This document shows positions 34,723-44,631 of a stretch of 64,000 bases of DNA, in pieces. The position numbers and the translations under genes were made by a program. The notes below the pieces were generated by a model, which saw only the letters and a program-made list of their open reading frames with translations, did no database searches and was not told where the DNA came from. Source of the DNA: an uncultured Chloroflexia bacterium (GTDB lineage: Bacteria > Chloroflexota > Limnocylindria > Limnocylindrales > CSP1-4); NCBI GenBank assembly GCA_963838115.1, contig CAWIPU010000004.1, positions 394,153 to 458,152 of the forward strand, written 5' to 3'. The stretch's first letter is position 1. Each line of letters starts with the position of its first letter.

Positions 34723-34833
34723 TCAGAAGAAGAGGATGTACAGGATCGCGAGCACGATCGCGATGAGAACGATGGCGGCGACGACGGTTACAACGACGTT
34801 GCGGCCACTGCCACCTGATCCGGAATAGCGCAT
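34723..34833 (-). CDS. hypothetical 36-aa single-TM protein (MRYSGSGGSGRNVVVTVVAAIVLIAIVLAILYILFF)
   Basis: Not in the ORF track (shorter than 60 aa). ATG at 34833 with GGAGCC 8 nt upstream, strongly hydrophobic C-terminus; 22 nt upstream of the PRC-barrel gene. Confidence 0.3.
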   Translation of the reverse strand: MRYSGSGGSGRNVVVTVVAAIVLIAIVLAILYILFF

Positions 34834-34959
34834 GTCATCTGGCTCCATGGGGATGCGGATGTGGTGAGCGTCCGCTGATCGGAGACGCCGAAGCGAAGTC
34901 TGCCCTCCACTCCATTCCGGGATGACGCCCGCCGCACGAACCTGCCTTTCAGATGGCTT

Positions 34960-36633
34960 TCAGAGGGACGATGTCGGCCCTCGTGCCAAGCCAGCAGCGC
35001 CGTTCAGAAGCTCCGGGAGGACAGGCGCCCGCGCTTGTTCGGCCACGGCCTGCATCTGTCGGATGTCTCGCGCTGCTGCCCACAGGACATCACGCGCCCC
35101 GTCCATCTCGGCCAGCTGCGCGACGAGGATGTCGGCCACGATCGTCGACACCCCTCGCGAGACCTCCTCGAGGATCTTGTCCGCCCAGCGCCTCCCCATC
35201 CGGTCGGCCAGCCGATGCAGCAGGCGATCAAGGAGGAAGGTGGCGAGCAGGCCGCCGATGATGAGTACGGCCGGCGTGGGCATGGGACCCAGAACGGGCA
35301 GGTCGATGCTGCCGCTGGGCGTGGACCCGGCAGTGGCAAGGAGCGTCACCAGCCAGATGGCCCCGACCAGTAGGGAGGCGGTCGCCGCGAGCTGCAAAAG
35401 CCCGATCGCCGGCCAGAGCCTGCTGCGTGGTCGGTCGCTCGACGCCGCCAAGTGGCTCATGGCGGCATCGATCCCGCGCCCCAGCTGCTCGTCGATGGCT
35501 ACCGGGTCCGCTGTCGCGAGGATGCTCGGGCGCAGTCGCGCGGGCATGGCGCTGGCGGCTGCCAACAGGACCTGTCGGATGGGTGATATGGCACGGTCGA
35601 GCGAGCCGCGATCGCGCCAGCGGCGCAGGTACCCTTCTGGATCGGCGCGCTGTGCCGTGACGCCCGAGAGGCGCCGCAGCAGCAACCAGGCACGCTGGAC
35701 CGGACCGCCCCCAGCGGTGTCCGCCTCGGCCCGGACCGCTGCTGCTGCCTGGGCTCGCAAGCCTTGGGGGCCGATAAGGTCGAGGATGGCGTTGCGCGTG
35801 GTCGCCGCGGCGTCTATGCGTCGCTCTGTCGCGATGAGCGGCTCCGGCGCCGCCGAGGGATCGATGCCGGCAGTTGCTAGCAGCTCTCCGACAGCATCGA
35901 CGGCGCTCTGGTGTAGTCGCGCCATCACGACCACCTTGGCCGTCGCCCCCTGGAGCAACCAGTCACGCAAGGGCTCCGCATCCATGAGGGCCGACACGCC
36001 CAGCACCGGGACTTCCGGCAAGGCTTGTTGGCGAAGTCGCCGGCGGAGGTCTTCGCAGACACGCTGCATATCTTCGGGAGCCATGCGGTCGGCCTTGTTG
36101 ACCACGAGGGCCTGACGAACGAGACGCGGCATCCAGTGCCGCAGGTAGCGATCGTGCAGGATGGCATCGTCGTACTTCTCCGGATCGGTCACCCACAGCA
36201 CCGCGTCGATCTTGGGCAAGACGGCATCGACACGTGCTGCATGCGTCGGCTCGATGGAGTCGAGATCGGGAAGATCCACGATGGCCACGGCGGCGCCCTC
36301 ACCGGCCCATGTCCTGATCTCGGCCCCGCCCAGCCACTCGAGCAACGGAGCGGCTTCGGCGTGGTAGCCGGAGGGCAGCAGGGCCACCGGTGACGTGGTC
36401 GTGGGACGGCGGGCGCCGGATGGACTGATGTCGGCGCCCGCGATGGCATTCAGCAGGCTGGACTTGCCCACGCCAGTCCCACCGGCCAGCCCCAGCACAT
36501 ACAGGTCGCTCGGGTAGCCCTGACGCTCCGAGATGGTCCGGGCCACCGCTTGCGCTTCAGCGGTCTCGATGCCGAGAGTCTCGGCAGCCTCGATGGCACG
36601 CCTCAGCGACCCCTGCATCGACTCGGAAGTCAT
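34960..36633 (-). CDS. dynamin-like GTPase (bacterial DLP, second of a tandem pair) with a C-terminal membrane paddle
   Basis: G1 GLAGGTGVGKSSLLNAI, G4 VVNKAD, a helical stalk, and two hydrophobic helices near the C-terminus. ATG at 36633 lies 4 nt after the upstream DLP stop (TGAGCGCATG). Confidence 0.7.
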   Translation of the reverse strand: MTSESMQGSLRRAIEAAETLGIETAEAQAVARTISERQGYPSDLYVLGLAGGTGVGKSSLLNAIAGADISPSGARRPTTTSPVALLPSGYHAEAAPLLEWLGGAEIRTWAGEGAAVAIVDLPDLDSIEPTHAARVDAVLPKIDAVLWVTDPEKYDDAILHDRYLRHWMPRLVRQALVVNKADRMAPEDMQRVCEDLRRRLRQQALPEVPVLGVSALMDAEPLRDWLLQGATAKVVVMARLHQSAVDAVGELLATAGIDPSAAPEPLIATERRIDAAATTRNAILDLIGPQGLRAQAAAAVRAEADTAGGGPVQRAWLLLRRLSGVTAQRADPEGYLRRWRDRGSLDRAISPIRQVLLAAASAMPARLRPSILATADPVAIDEQLGRGIDAAMSHLAASSDRPRSRLWPAIGLLQLAATASLLVGAIWLVTLLATAGSTPSGSIDLPVLGPMPTPAVLIIGGLLATFLLDRLLHRLADRMGRRWADKILEEVSRGVSTIVADILVAQLAEMDGARDVLWAAARDIRQMQAVAEQARAPVLPELLNGAAGLARGPTSSL

Positions 36634-36637
36634 GCGC

Positions 36638-38362
36638 TCACGTCCCGCCCGAGCGGAGTTCGTGCGCCAACCGCTCGCGCGCGCTGATGTCTCCAAGGCG
36701 CGCCTCGAACCGTCGTTGCTCTACGGCCATGAGTGCCTCCAGGGCCTCGCTCAGTCGCCGGCGCGCATGACTGATCATCTCCTGCACGGCCGCTTCACCA
36801 AAGAGGGCATCAAGCAGCTTCTGATTGAGGAATGCCGTCGCCGCGGCGATGCCGGCTTCAGCACCGGTGAGTCCACCGGTGTGGGTGAACGTCACGAGCA
36901 TGAGCGTCACCGCGACCGCGTTCACGCTCAGCGCCGCGAACCGGGCGGTGCCGCGCCGGTCGGCCCCACGCGCGGCCACATCGCGGGCGATCGAATCGAT
37001 CCAGGCATCGACCGCGTTGCGTGTCGCCACTTCGAGTTCGGGCGCGCATGACCAGAGCTCCGGATGCGCGGCCACGAGCAGTGCACCGTTGGGGTCGTCG
37101 GACCAGCGCTCGGAGCTCCGGCGCGCGGCTTCTGCGGCGTGGTTCGTGACGAGCGCGCTGATGTCGTCGGTGGCACCCTGCTGGACGGCTGCCAGCGGTG
37201 CGCGAGGAGCACGCCGGAGCAGCGCCACGACCGAGCCGCGTACCTGGCCGATGCCCTTGGCGAAGAAGCGTGTGACCTGGTCTGCTCCCACGAAGCTGTG
37301 CCAGTGTCGGATGACCTCCTCGCGCAAGAGCGAGCCGGAGAACAGCCGCTCCAGCATCGCGGCACTCTCATCGGCGTAGGCGCCTCGGACGTATTCGTGC
37401 AGCCGCGTGCGGCCCTGCACCTCTCGATCCAGGTCGTCGGCCACAGCGTGGGCCAGGGGTGTGACGCCGCGAAGGGCACCGGCCAGGGCATCCTCGGCGA
37501 GGCTACGCCGCTCGGCGGCGTCAGCCGACAGCAGCGCGAGCCAGCGCGTGAGTGGCTCGACGGCCGATGGCAGCAGCGAGGCGCCGTCCTCGGCGAGGGC
37601 GCCGTCGGCGATGCTGACGATCTCGCGCACACGAAGCTCAGTCGCCGCCAGCAGCGTCTTGATGTCCTCGAGCACCATCTCCGCGTCTGCCCCCGCGGGC
37701 ATCCGGTTGACGATGACGAACAGGTCGAGGCGACGCTGCTCCGCCCGCTTCAACACATCCCATGGGACGCGGTCGGCATAGCGCGTCGCGGTCGTTACGA
37801 AGATACCGCAGTCGGCGGCCTCGAGAAGATGGTCGGACAGAGCGCGATCGGAGTGCTCGACCGAATCGACGTCGGGAGCGTCGACGATCACGAGGCCCGG
37901 CAGGATGTCCGCGACGTGCCGCTCGAGACGCCCGACCGGGAGTCCGGCCAGCGCCCCTTCCTCGGTGGCCCGCTCCAGGTCGGCCGCCGAGCCCACCGCA
38001 ACGGCTTCTCGCGTCGTCGGTCGCAGCACGCCCGTCTTGCTCAGCGGTGCCTTGGCCAGCGTGTTCAGGAGGCTGGACTTGCCCGAGCCGGTGGGTCCCA
38101 CGATGGCGACGAGCAGCGGCGCATCGAGGTCGCGGGCCCGCGGCAACAGGAAGGTGCGCGTGTGGTCGCGAAGTTCGCGGGCACGTTCACGCGGTCCTCG
38201 GGCATCCGCGGGAGAGGCGAGCGCCTCGGGATCGAGACCGAACTCCCGGTCGGCCTCGGCTAGCAGCTGCCAGCGTTGCTCCGCACCATCGGCGAGGCGC
38301 TCTACCCGAGCCACGACATCGTGGGGTTCCCTCATCGTCGGGGCGTCGGGCGGCTCGCTCAT
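36638..38362 (-). CDS. dynamin-like GTPase (bacterial DLP, first of a tandem pair)
   Basis: G1 IVGPTGSGKSSLLNTL, G4 IVNRMPAG and a long helical region. Start ATG at 38362 (MSEPPDAP…); the ORF-track start at 38596 is over-extended through the tRNA. Confidence 0.7.
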   Translation of the reverse strand: MSEPPDAPTMREPHDVVARVERLADGAEQRWQLLAEADREFGLDPEALASPADARGPRERARELRDHTRTFLLPRARDLDAPLLVAIVGPTGSGKSSLLNTLAKAPLSKTGVLRPTTREAVAVGSAADLERATEEGALAGLPVGRLERHVADILPGLVIVDAPDVDSVEHSDRALSDHLLEAADCGIFVTTATRYADRVPWDVLKRAEQRRLDLFVIVNRMPAGADAEMVLEDIKTLLAATELRVREIVSIADGALAEDGASLLPSAVEPLTRWLALLSADAAERRSLAEDALAGALRGVTPLAHAVADDLDREVQGRTRLHEYVRGAYADESAAMLERLFSGSLLREEVIRHWHSFVGADQVTRFFAKGIGQVRGSVVALLRRAPRAPLAAVQQGATDDISALVTNHAAEAARRSSERWSDDPNGALLVAAHPELWSCAPELEVATRNAVDAWIDSIARDVAARGADRRGTARFAALSVNAVAVTLMLVTFTHTGGLTGAEAGIAAATAFLNQKLLDALFGEAAVQEMISHARRRLSEALEALMAVEQRRFEARLGDISARERLAHELRSGGT

Positions 38363-38605
38363 CGGGCCATCATGACGGGATGATGCCGAGCACGCCTCTC
38401 GAGAGATGGCACTGGCATGAAGACGAGGCTCGCCAGATCGGGGCGGCCCTGGCCGCTCGCTCATGGGATGCCATCGCTTGCCGCTCACACGCCACGCGTC
38501 GTGAACGGTCCAGAGGGGCTCGCATCGCATCGTGAGCGTGGAGATGACAGACGAGGCGGGGAGGCGAAGTCTGGTCCTCGCGCTCCCCGCCTCCATTGAG
38601 GCCGA

Positions 38606-38682
38606 TGGTGGGCGATACTGGATTCGAACCAGTGACCTCGCGGATGTGAACCGCGCGCTCTAACCGACTGAGCCAATCGCCC
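38606..38682 (-). tRNA. tRNA-Val (anticodon CAC), CCA encoded
   Basis: The reverse complement folds as a canonical cloverleaf: acceptor GGGCGAT/ATCGCCC, D-arm GCTC…GAGC, anticodon stem CGCGG/CCGCG with loop TTCACAT, T-arm ACTGG-TTCGAAT-CCAGT, then ACCA. Confidence 0.85.
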
Positions 38683-38855
38683 CTTGCGGCCAGAGTATAG
38701 CCCCGCGGTTGAGTAGAGGCCGGCCGCCGACCACTGATCGACGGTCTGATGGGCCCGACGCAATAGGCCATCGGACCGTCGCCAGCGTCCCCGGCAGCCC
38801 CCAAGATCAACACATCGCCGCTATCGCGGCGGCGAGGTCGATGAGGTCACACGAG

Positions 38856-39302
38856 ATGGAGACCCACCTCTTTCCGGCCGGGAAGGTCGTAGAGCGGCCT
38901 TGGTATGCCTGGCTGGCCCTTATCGCGGCGCTCTTCACGGGTATCTCGGCGATCCCCGTCGGCATCATGTTCCTGCTCGATCCATCGGGATCATCGGTCG
39001 GCCTGACATCAGGCTGGATCGAGGCCACGGTGTTCAGGAGCTACGTCATCCCGGGCCTCTATCTGCTGATCGTCAACGGCCTGGGCATGCTCATCTTGGC
39101 AGCGCTCATCATCCGACGGCACTGGACGGCTCCATGGCTCAGTGGGATCCTCGGCGCCGGCTTGATCTGCTGGATCGTGGTGCAGTTGGCGCTCTTGCCC
39201 GAGACCATGTTCCTGCAGGTGGTGTTCCTGGCGACCGGCTTGCTGCTCGGCTTCGTCGCACTCTTATGGCTTCGCCGCACGCGGCAGCTCCGACTCTGGT
39301 AG
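38856..39302 (+). CDS. hypothetical integral membrane protein (4 TM)
   Basis: ATG at 38856 (METHLFPAGKVVERPWYAWLALIAALF…). The ORF-track upstream extension is Arg/Pro-rich and non-coding-like. Confidence 0.5.
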   Translation: METHLFPAGKVVERPWYAWLALIAALFTGISAIPVGIMFLLDPSGSSVGLTSGWIEATVFRSYVIPGLYLLIVNGLGMLILAALIIRRHWTAPWLSGILGAGLICWIVVQLALLPETMFLQVVFLATGLLLGFVALLWLRRTRQLRLW

Positions 39303-39311
39303 CGGAACGGT

Positions 39312-39596
39312 TCAGGCCGGTCGGACAGCGAGGCCGGGCCACCGCCCTTCGACCGACGCGGCGTCGCGCCCCTCGATGCGGAAGCGCTTGTGGCGACTGC
39401 TCGTACCCGACACGAGGATGACTGCCCCCTTGGGCACGCCGAGCGCCTTGGCCAGCAGCTTGGTCACCGCCTGGTTGGCGGCACCATCGGCGGGCGGCGC
39501 CGTCACCCGTACGCGCAGCTCGCCCTGCACGCCGACACCCTCGATGGCGTCGCCGCTCGAACGAGGAGTGACACGCACGGCGATGACGACTGACAC
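39312..39596 (-). CDS. DUF167 (YggU/UPF0235) family protein
   Basis: …GELRVRVTAPPADGAANQAVTKLLAKALGVPKGAVILVSGTSSRHKRFRIEG… GTG start 2 nt after the yggT stop. Confidence 0.7.
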   Translation of the reverse strand: MSVVIAVRVTPRSSGDAIEGVGVQGELRVRVTAPPADGAANQAVTKLLAKALGVPKGAVILVSGTSSRHKRFRIEGRDAASVEGRWPGLAVRPA

Positions 39597-39598
39597 GT

Positions 39599-39847
39599 TC
39601 AGATGGCGACGACGATGCGCATGAGCAGGCCCAGTCCCAGCAACAACACGATCGGCGAGAAGTCGAAGGCGCCCGTCTGGGGCAGGACGCGACGGATGGG
39701 CGCCAGGAAGGGCTCGGTCAGGCTGTAGACGAACTGACTGAGCGGCCTCTCGAAACGCGGGTCGATCCAGCTCATCAGCACGCGGCCCAGCACCACCAGC
39801 CAGGCGACGATCACCAGCGATCGCAGCAGGACCGCGACGAAGCCCAT
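39599..39847 (-). CDS. YggT family membrane protein (cell-division associated)
   Basis: 82 aa with two TM segments; matches the YggT pattern. Confidence 0.8.
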   Translation of the reverse strand: MGFVAVLLRSLVIVAWLVVLGRVLMSWIDPRFERPLSQFVYSLTEPFLAPIRRVLPQTGAFDFSPIVLLLGLGLLMRIVVAI

Positions 39848-40509
39848 CAGGATCGTTCACCGAACAGCGCGCGGCCGACACGGACGAGCGTACTGCCCTC
39901 CTCGATGGCGACCTCGTAGTCGTCGGTCATGCCCATCGAGAGGCCCGCGCCCAGTCGGGGGTCGGTGGCACGCAGGCGCTCGGATAGCTCGCGCAGTCGG
40001 GCGAAGGTCGGGCGCGCCTCCCCTGCCCTGCCGGTCAGCCAGCCCACCGTCATCAGGCCGCGCACATCGAGGTTCGGCAGGGCCAGGACCTCGCCCAGCT
40101 CACGCTCCAGCGCATCGGGCGGGAAGCCGGCCTTGGCCGGATCGACATCGACGTTGACCTGCAGGTAGACCTGCAGCCGACCGCCGCTCCGCGAGCCTCG
40201 CTCGCCAACGAGCCGATCCAGCCGTGTCGCGAGCGCGGCCGAATCGACCGTCTCGATGGCATCGAACAGCTCGACCGCCTTGGCCGCCTTGTTCTTCTGC
40301 AGGTGGCCGACGAGATGCCAGCTGGCCGGCGCGAGCTGGGGAATCTTATCGGCCGCCTCCTGCACGCGGTTCTCACCGAGGAGATCGTGGCCCGCGGCCT
40401 GCGCCAGGCGCAGCCGTTCGAGCGGCACGGTCTTGGAGATGGCCACCAGCGTGGCTGCGTCGGGAGCACGCCCCGAACGCGCACAGGCCGCCGCAATGCG
40501 CTCCATCAC
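39847..40509 (-). CDS. YggS-family PLP-binding protein (PLP homeostasis protein)
   Basis: …AISKTVPLERLRLAQAAGHDLLGENRVQE… alanine-racemase-like TIM-barrel family. Confidence 0.85.
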   Translation of the reverse strand: MMERIAAACARSGRAPDAATLVAISKTVPLERLRLAQAAGHDLLGENRVQEAADKIPQLAPASWHLVGHLQKNKAAKAVELFDAIETVDSAALATRLDRLVGERGSRSGGRLQVYLQVNVDVDPAKAGFPPDALERELGEVLALPNLDVRGLMTVGWLTGRAGEARPTFARLRELSERLRATDPRLGAGLSMGMTDDYEVAIEEGSTLVRVGRALFGERS

Positions 40510-40584
40510 ATGGGCGCGGGCAGCGGCCAGTCGAGCGACCGCCTCTGCGTCAAGAGGACTGGGATCAGCGATCGAAGACGTGGC

Positions 40585-41799
40585 TCAGCGACTGCGGCGC
40601 AGGAACGCCGGGATATCCAGATCCTCGTCCTTGCTGGCGCCGCGCGAACCAGCGGACACGCCCTGTCCGCCCGAAACCGGGACCGCCACAGCCTGTCGTG
40701 GCTCCGACTCGCTGGCGTTGGCAGCCTGATCACCCGCAGCGGTGCGCTGACGAGCCAGCTCCTGCATGAAGTCGCGGTTCTCCAGACCGGCCTGGATGCC
40801 GCTGCTGCTATCAGCCTCAGCCTCCGCACCGGGGTAGACGTGCTGGCGGTTGTGGTCGAAACCGGTGGCGATGACGGTGATCTGGAGATCGTCGCCCATG
40901 CGCTCGTCGATGACGGTGCCGAAGATGATGTTGGCCTCCGGGTCGGCCATCTCCTTGATGATCTCAGCAGCCTCGTCGATCTCGAAAAGGCCCAGGTTGG
41001 GACCGCCGGTGACATTGAAGAGCACGCCCTGCGCGCCGCTGATGCTGACTTCCAGCAAGGGGCTGCTGATGGCTTCACGAGCGGCCTCCGCCGCACGATC
41101 TGGACCACTGGCGCGGCCGATGCCCATGAGGGCGGAGCCGGCCGAGCGCATCACGGCGCGCACATCGGCGAAGTCAAGGTTGATCAGGCCGGGCACGGTG
41201 ATGAGGTCGCTGATGCCCTGCACACCCTGGCGCAGGACGTCGTCGACGACGCGGAAGGCGTCGACGATGGACGTCTCGGCGCTGACGACCTCCTTGAGGC
41301 GGTCGTTGGGGATGGTGATGAGCGTGTCCACCTTGTCACGCAGCAGCTCGGCCGACTTCTCCGCGTTGAGGCGGCGACGGGCGCCCTCCCAAGTGAACGG
41401 CTTGGTGACGACACCGATGGTCAGGGCGCCCATGTCACGCGCGATCTCAGCGATGACGGGTGCGGCACCCGACCCGGTCCCACCGCCCATGCCGGCGGTG
41501 ATGAAGACCATGTCGGAGTCACGCAGGGCGTCGGCGATCTTCTCGGAATCTTCCTCTGCAGCACGCTGCCCGATGGATGGGTCTCCACCCGCGCCAAGGC
41601 CGCGGGTGATCTTGTCACCCACGCGGATCTTGTTGGGCGCATCGGACTGCAGCAGCGCCTGGGCATCGGTATTGACGGCGATGAATTCGACGCCCATCAA
41701 CTCGGCTCGGATCATGCGGTTGACGGCATTGCTGCCTCCACCGCCGACACCGATGACACGGATGAGAGCGAAGTTCTCTGAGTCGGAACGCAACGGCAT
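40585..41799 (-). CDS. ftsZ: cell division protein FtsZ
   Basis: [10 protein letters not shown], tubulin signature GGGTGSG, T7 loop NLDFADV. ATG at 41799 with a GGAGGAA RBS; the ORF-track 534-aa version has a non-coding-like Arg/Pro-rich N-terminal extension. Confidence 0.95.
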   Translation of the reverse strand: MPLRSDSENFALIRVIGVGGGGSNAVNRMIRAELMGVEFIAVNTDAQALLQSDAPNKIRVGDKITRGLGAGGDPSIGQRAAEEDSEKIADALRDSDMVFITAGMGGGTGSGAAPVIAEIARDMGALTIGVVTKPFTWEGARRRLNAEKSAELLRDKVDTLITIPNDRLKEVVSAETSIVDAFRVVDDVLRQGVQGISDLITVPGLINLDFADVRAVMRSAGSALMGIGRASGPDRAAEAAREAISSPLLEVSISGAQGVLFNVTGGPNLGLFEIDEAAEIIKEMADPEANIIFGTVIDERMGDDLQITVIATGFDHNRQHVYPGAEAEADSSSGIQAGLENRDFMQELARQRTAAGDQAANASESEPRQAVAVPVSGGQGVSAGSRGASKDEDLDIPAFLRRSR

Positions 41800-42200
41800 G
41801 TGAGTGATTCCTCCAGATCGCATACCAGGCATCCACAGCCCGTCGGGCCACCCGCACGGACGGGCGACTCCTGAGACCACCTGGTCGTTGGGCGAGTATA
41901 TCCTCGGAGGGCCGGTCACGGATAGTGCTGGTGCCGCGTGGAGTGTGCGTGGATGGCCGCCAACCCAGCCTTGCTGGCGCCTTTGGTCAACGACCGATGG
42001 GGTCATCCCCGGTGGACCCAGACTGGTGGAGCGTTCGCGACGAAGGACGCGGGTCCGACCGCGGCACGCCGGGGCGTTCGCACGGCCGCCGCAGGCTGAG
42101 CGTGCGGTTCCGATGCGCCGGGGCGTTTCTTCCCGCCACATGCCAACCTTCGGCACTTTCGGCGGCCGTCTGGTCAGGTTGGCCCGCACAGCGGGAATGT

Positions 42201-42292
42201 GGAGCGCCGGGCTGCGGGGCGGCTGCCGAGCGCCGGGTCGCGGGGTGGAGCGCCGGACTGCGGGGCGGCTGCCGAGCTACCGCCGGGCGCCG
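42201..42292. repeat. 46-bp tandem duplication (2 copies, core GGAGCGCCGGRCTGCGGGGCGGCTGCCGAGC) within the unusually long ftsA-ftsZ intergenic region
   Basis: 31-nt cores at 42201..42231 and 42247..42277 differ at a single position; the period is 46 bp. Confidence 0.7.
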
Positions 42293-42335
42293 GCCGCGCA
42301 GTAGGCGCGTACGCCGGCGATCCTCGGCCGGCTAG

Positions 42336-43571
42336 CTAGGGGAAGAAGCGCCGCATCACGTCGCGGACACGGTCCCAGCTCTGCGTGCGTGGTGGCGGCT
42401 CGTAGCGTTGGAGGTCCTCGTCCGTTACGACGCGGGCGGCCCACAGCAGCAGGCCGATGGACGTCGCGTAGGACGGCGTGAGCAGATGGTCGGTCAACCC
42501 GCCGACGCCTTCCGGCGACGCCACCCGTACCGGGATCTGGAGCACGTCACGCGCGATCCCCGCGGCATTGGCCAGCTGTGAGCCGCCGCCGGTGAGCACC
42601 AGCCCGGCCGGCAGCCGGTGAGCCGCGGCGTTCTTGGTCAACTCGTCGCCGATCTTCTCGAAGAGCTCGTGCATGCGTGCATCGATGATCTCGGTGACAT
42701 CCGCTTTGCGTGCCGGACGGGCCACACCATCCTCGATGATCTCGATGGGCGCCTCTGTGCTGGGGTCGGCGCTCCTGGCCTCGATGCTGCCGAAACGCAT
42801 CTTCAGCTGCTCCGCGGCGGTGAGGTTGGTGCGCAGGCCGATGGCGATGTCATTGGTGACGTTGACGCCACCAAGGGGGATGACCGAGGTGTAGAACGGC
42901 GACCCGTCGGCATACAGCGCGATGTCCGTGGTGCCGGCCCCGATATCGGCCACGGCCACGCCCAGCTCGCGCTCCGTCTCACTCAAGACCGCCTCTCCCG
43001 AGGCCACCGAAGAGACGACGAGCTCATCCGGTCGCACGCCCGCCTGCCGCACGCACTTGGTGAGGTTCTGCAGTGCCGTGGCGCCGCCGTGGATGATGTG
43101 GGTGGTCACCTCAAGGCGGATGGCGCTCATGCCCTCCGGATCCTTGACGCCCTCCTGGCCGTCGACGGTGAAGTCGCGCGGGAGCACATGCAGGACTTCG
43201 CGGTTCGACGGGATGGTCACTGCGCGGGCCACCTCCGTGGCGCGCTCGATGTCCTCGCGAGTGACTTCGCGATGGGCGCCGCTGACCGCTACGGTGCCAC
43301 GCGAGTTGAGCGACTCGAGATGGTCACCGCCGACACCCACGAAAGCCGCCTCCAGGCGCAGCCCGGACAGCCGCTCGGCCTGCTCGATGGCGCCGCGGAT
43401 AGAGCTGACGGTCTGGTCGATGTTATTGACGAGGCCCTTCTTGACTCCACTCGTGGGCAGCGTGCCCTTGCCGATGATGTCAAGTGCGCCATCGTTGGAG
43501 ACCTCGCCGACGAGCACGACGACCTTGCTCGTCCCCACGTCGAGCGCCACCAGGATCGCTTCGATCTCCAA
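42336..43571 (-). CDS. ftsA: cell division protein FtsA
   Basis: Actin-like ATPase motifs (…LDVGTSKV…, …DIGAGTTDIA…, …VLTGGGS…). Confidence 0.9.
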   Translation of the reverse strand: MEIEAILVALDVGTSKVVVLVGEVSNDGALDIIGKGTLPTSGVKKGLVNNIDQTVSSIRGAIEQAERLSGLRLEAAFVGVGGDHLESLNSRGTVAVSGAHREVTREDIERATEVARAVTIPSNREVLHVLPRDFTVDGQEGVKDPEGMSAIRLEVTTHIIHGGATALQNLTKCVRQAGVRPDELVVSSVASGEAVLSETERELGVAVADIGAGTTDIALYADGSPFYTSVIPLGGVNVTNDIAIGLRTNLTAAEQLKMRFGSIEARSADPSTEAPIEIIEDGVARPARKADVTEIIDARMHELFEKIGDELTKNAAAHRLPAGLVLTGGGSQLANAAGIARDVLQIPVRVASPEGVGGLTDHLLTPSYATSIGLLLWAARVVTDEDLQRYEPPPRTQSWDRVRDVMRRFFP

Positions 43572-43674
43572 CTGCTTCCCTTCCTTGAACGCCGGACTCC
43601 AGGCCGGACCGGTGCGTCAACGCACCACGGCTTCTACATTGTGGGCGATGCGGCGGCGCTTCGCAGGACGTCTT

Positions 43675-44631
43675 CTAACCCTGCTTGGGGGCCTGCTTTG
43701 GGCCCTTCTTGTCGCGCTCGGTGAAGGTACCGCAGTAGTCGTCGGACAGCGCCAGTCGCACTCGATCCAAGCGCTGCTCCCGGGCCGCGAGCGTCCAGCG
43801 CAGACACTGCACCTGGCTGGGCACGACGGTGGCGGGTTGGAGGGAGGGCGTGTAGGGGCCGAACACCGCATCCCAGCCCAGGTCGCGGCTTTCCAGCACG
43901 TAGCCGTCGTTCTGGTCGACTGATAGGCGCAGGTCCCTGGACTTGCTACCCAGCAGCTCCGGCGTCACCGCCAGCAGCTGCCGCATCACGGCCACGTCCA
44001 TGGCGGACAGGTAGCTGCCCTGGGTCGGCGGCATCGGCACGATGCGCGCGTCCTTGACGATCGGCAATGCAGCCCGCGCAACCGAGCCCGGATCGCTGAC
44101 GGTCTCACCGGGCGCACCGCCCCCGGCTGAGCCGGGATCGGCCACGTTCGCCACGTCGTCGACCGGCGAGAACAGCATGCCCTCCGCATCGACCAACCAC
44201 GAGACTTCGCCGTTGCTCCAGATGAAGAGCGGCTCGCGCTCGTCGAGCTCGACGGTCACTCGGGCCGGCAACGTCACCGATGCGTGTGCGGCATCGACCT
44301 CGGTCAGCTGGGAGAGGTCTCGGACGATATCGCTGGCTCGCACACGGAAGACATTGGGCGCCCGCTCGAGATCCGAGAGATGGGCTCGCACCTCGGCCTC
44401 GTCGGCTTGCTGCAGACCCCTGAACGTGACGTTGGCCTCGATGACCCGGAAGGTATCGTCGGTGAGGAGCCAGAACAGCAGCGCCGTGACGGTGATCATG
44501 CCGAGCGCGCCTACGAGACGAGCGAAGGTGGCATGCCCGCGCTCGCGACCTCGACGTCGGTCCGCGACGGATGAGGCACCCGAACGCGGCACTATCGTGC
44601 CCTGTTCGGGACGGGACGCGTGTCGGCTCAC
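43675..44631 (-). CDS. ftsQ: cell division protein FtsQ/DivIB (POTRA domain)
   Basis: N-terminal cytoplasmic basic region, a single TM, then POTRA and a beta domain; its position between ddl and ftsA matches the dcw order. Confidence 0.75.
   Translation of the reverse strand: MSRHASRPEQGTIVPRSGASSVADRRRGRERGHATFARLVGALGMITVTALLFWLLTDDTFRVIEANVTFRGLQQADEAEVRAHLSDLERAPNVFRVRASDIVRDLSQLTEVDAAHASVTLPARVTVELDEREPLFIWSNGEVSWLVDAEGMLFSPVDDVANVADPGSAGGGAPGETVSDPGSVARAALPIVKDARIVPMPPTQGSYLSAMDVAVMRQLLAVTPELLGSKSRDLRLSVDQNDGYVLESRDLGWDAVFGPYTPSLQPATVVPSQVQCLRWTLAAREQRLDRVRLALSDDYCGTFTERDKKGPKQAPKQG

Noticed and set aside
38590-38710. Integrated mobile element at tRNA-Val
   Set aside because: No integrase, recombinase, or direct repeat of the tRNA 3' end was found within the window; the flanking genes are ordinary chromosomal.
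40585-42189. 534-aa FtsZ ORF with a 130-aa N-terminal extension
   Set aside because: The extension is Arg/Pro/Gly-rich with non-coding-like composition. A strong GGAGGAA RBS precedes the internal ATG at 41799, which gives a canonical FtsZ start ([22 protein letters not shown]).
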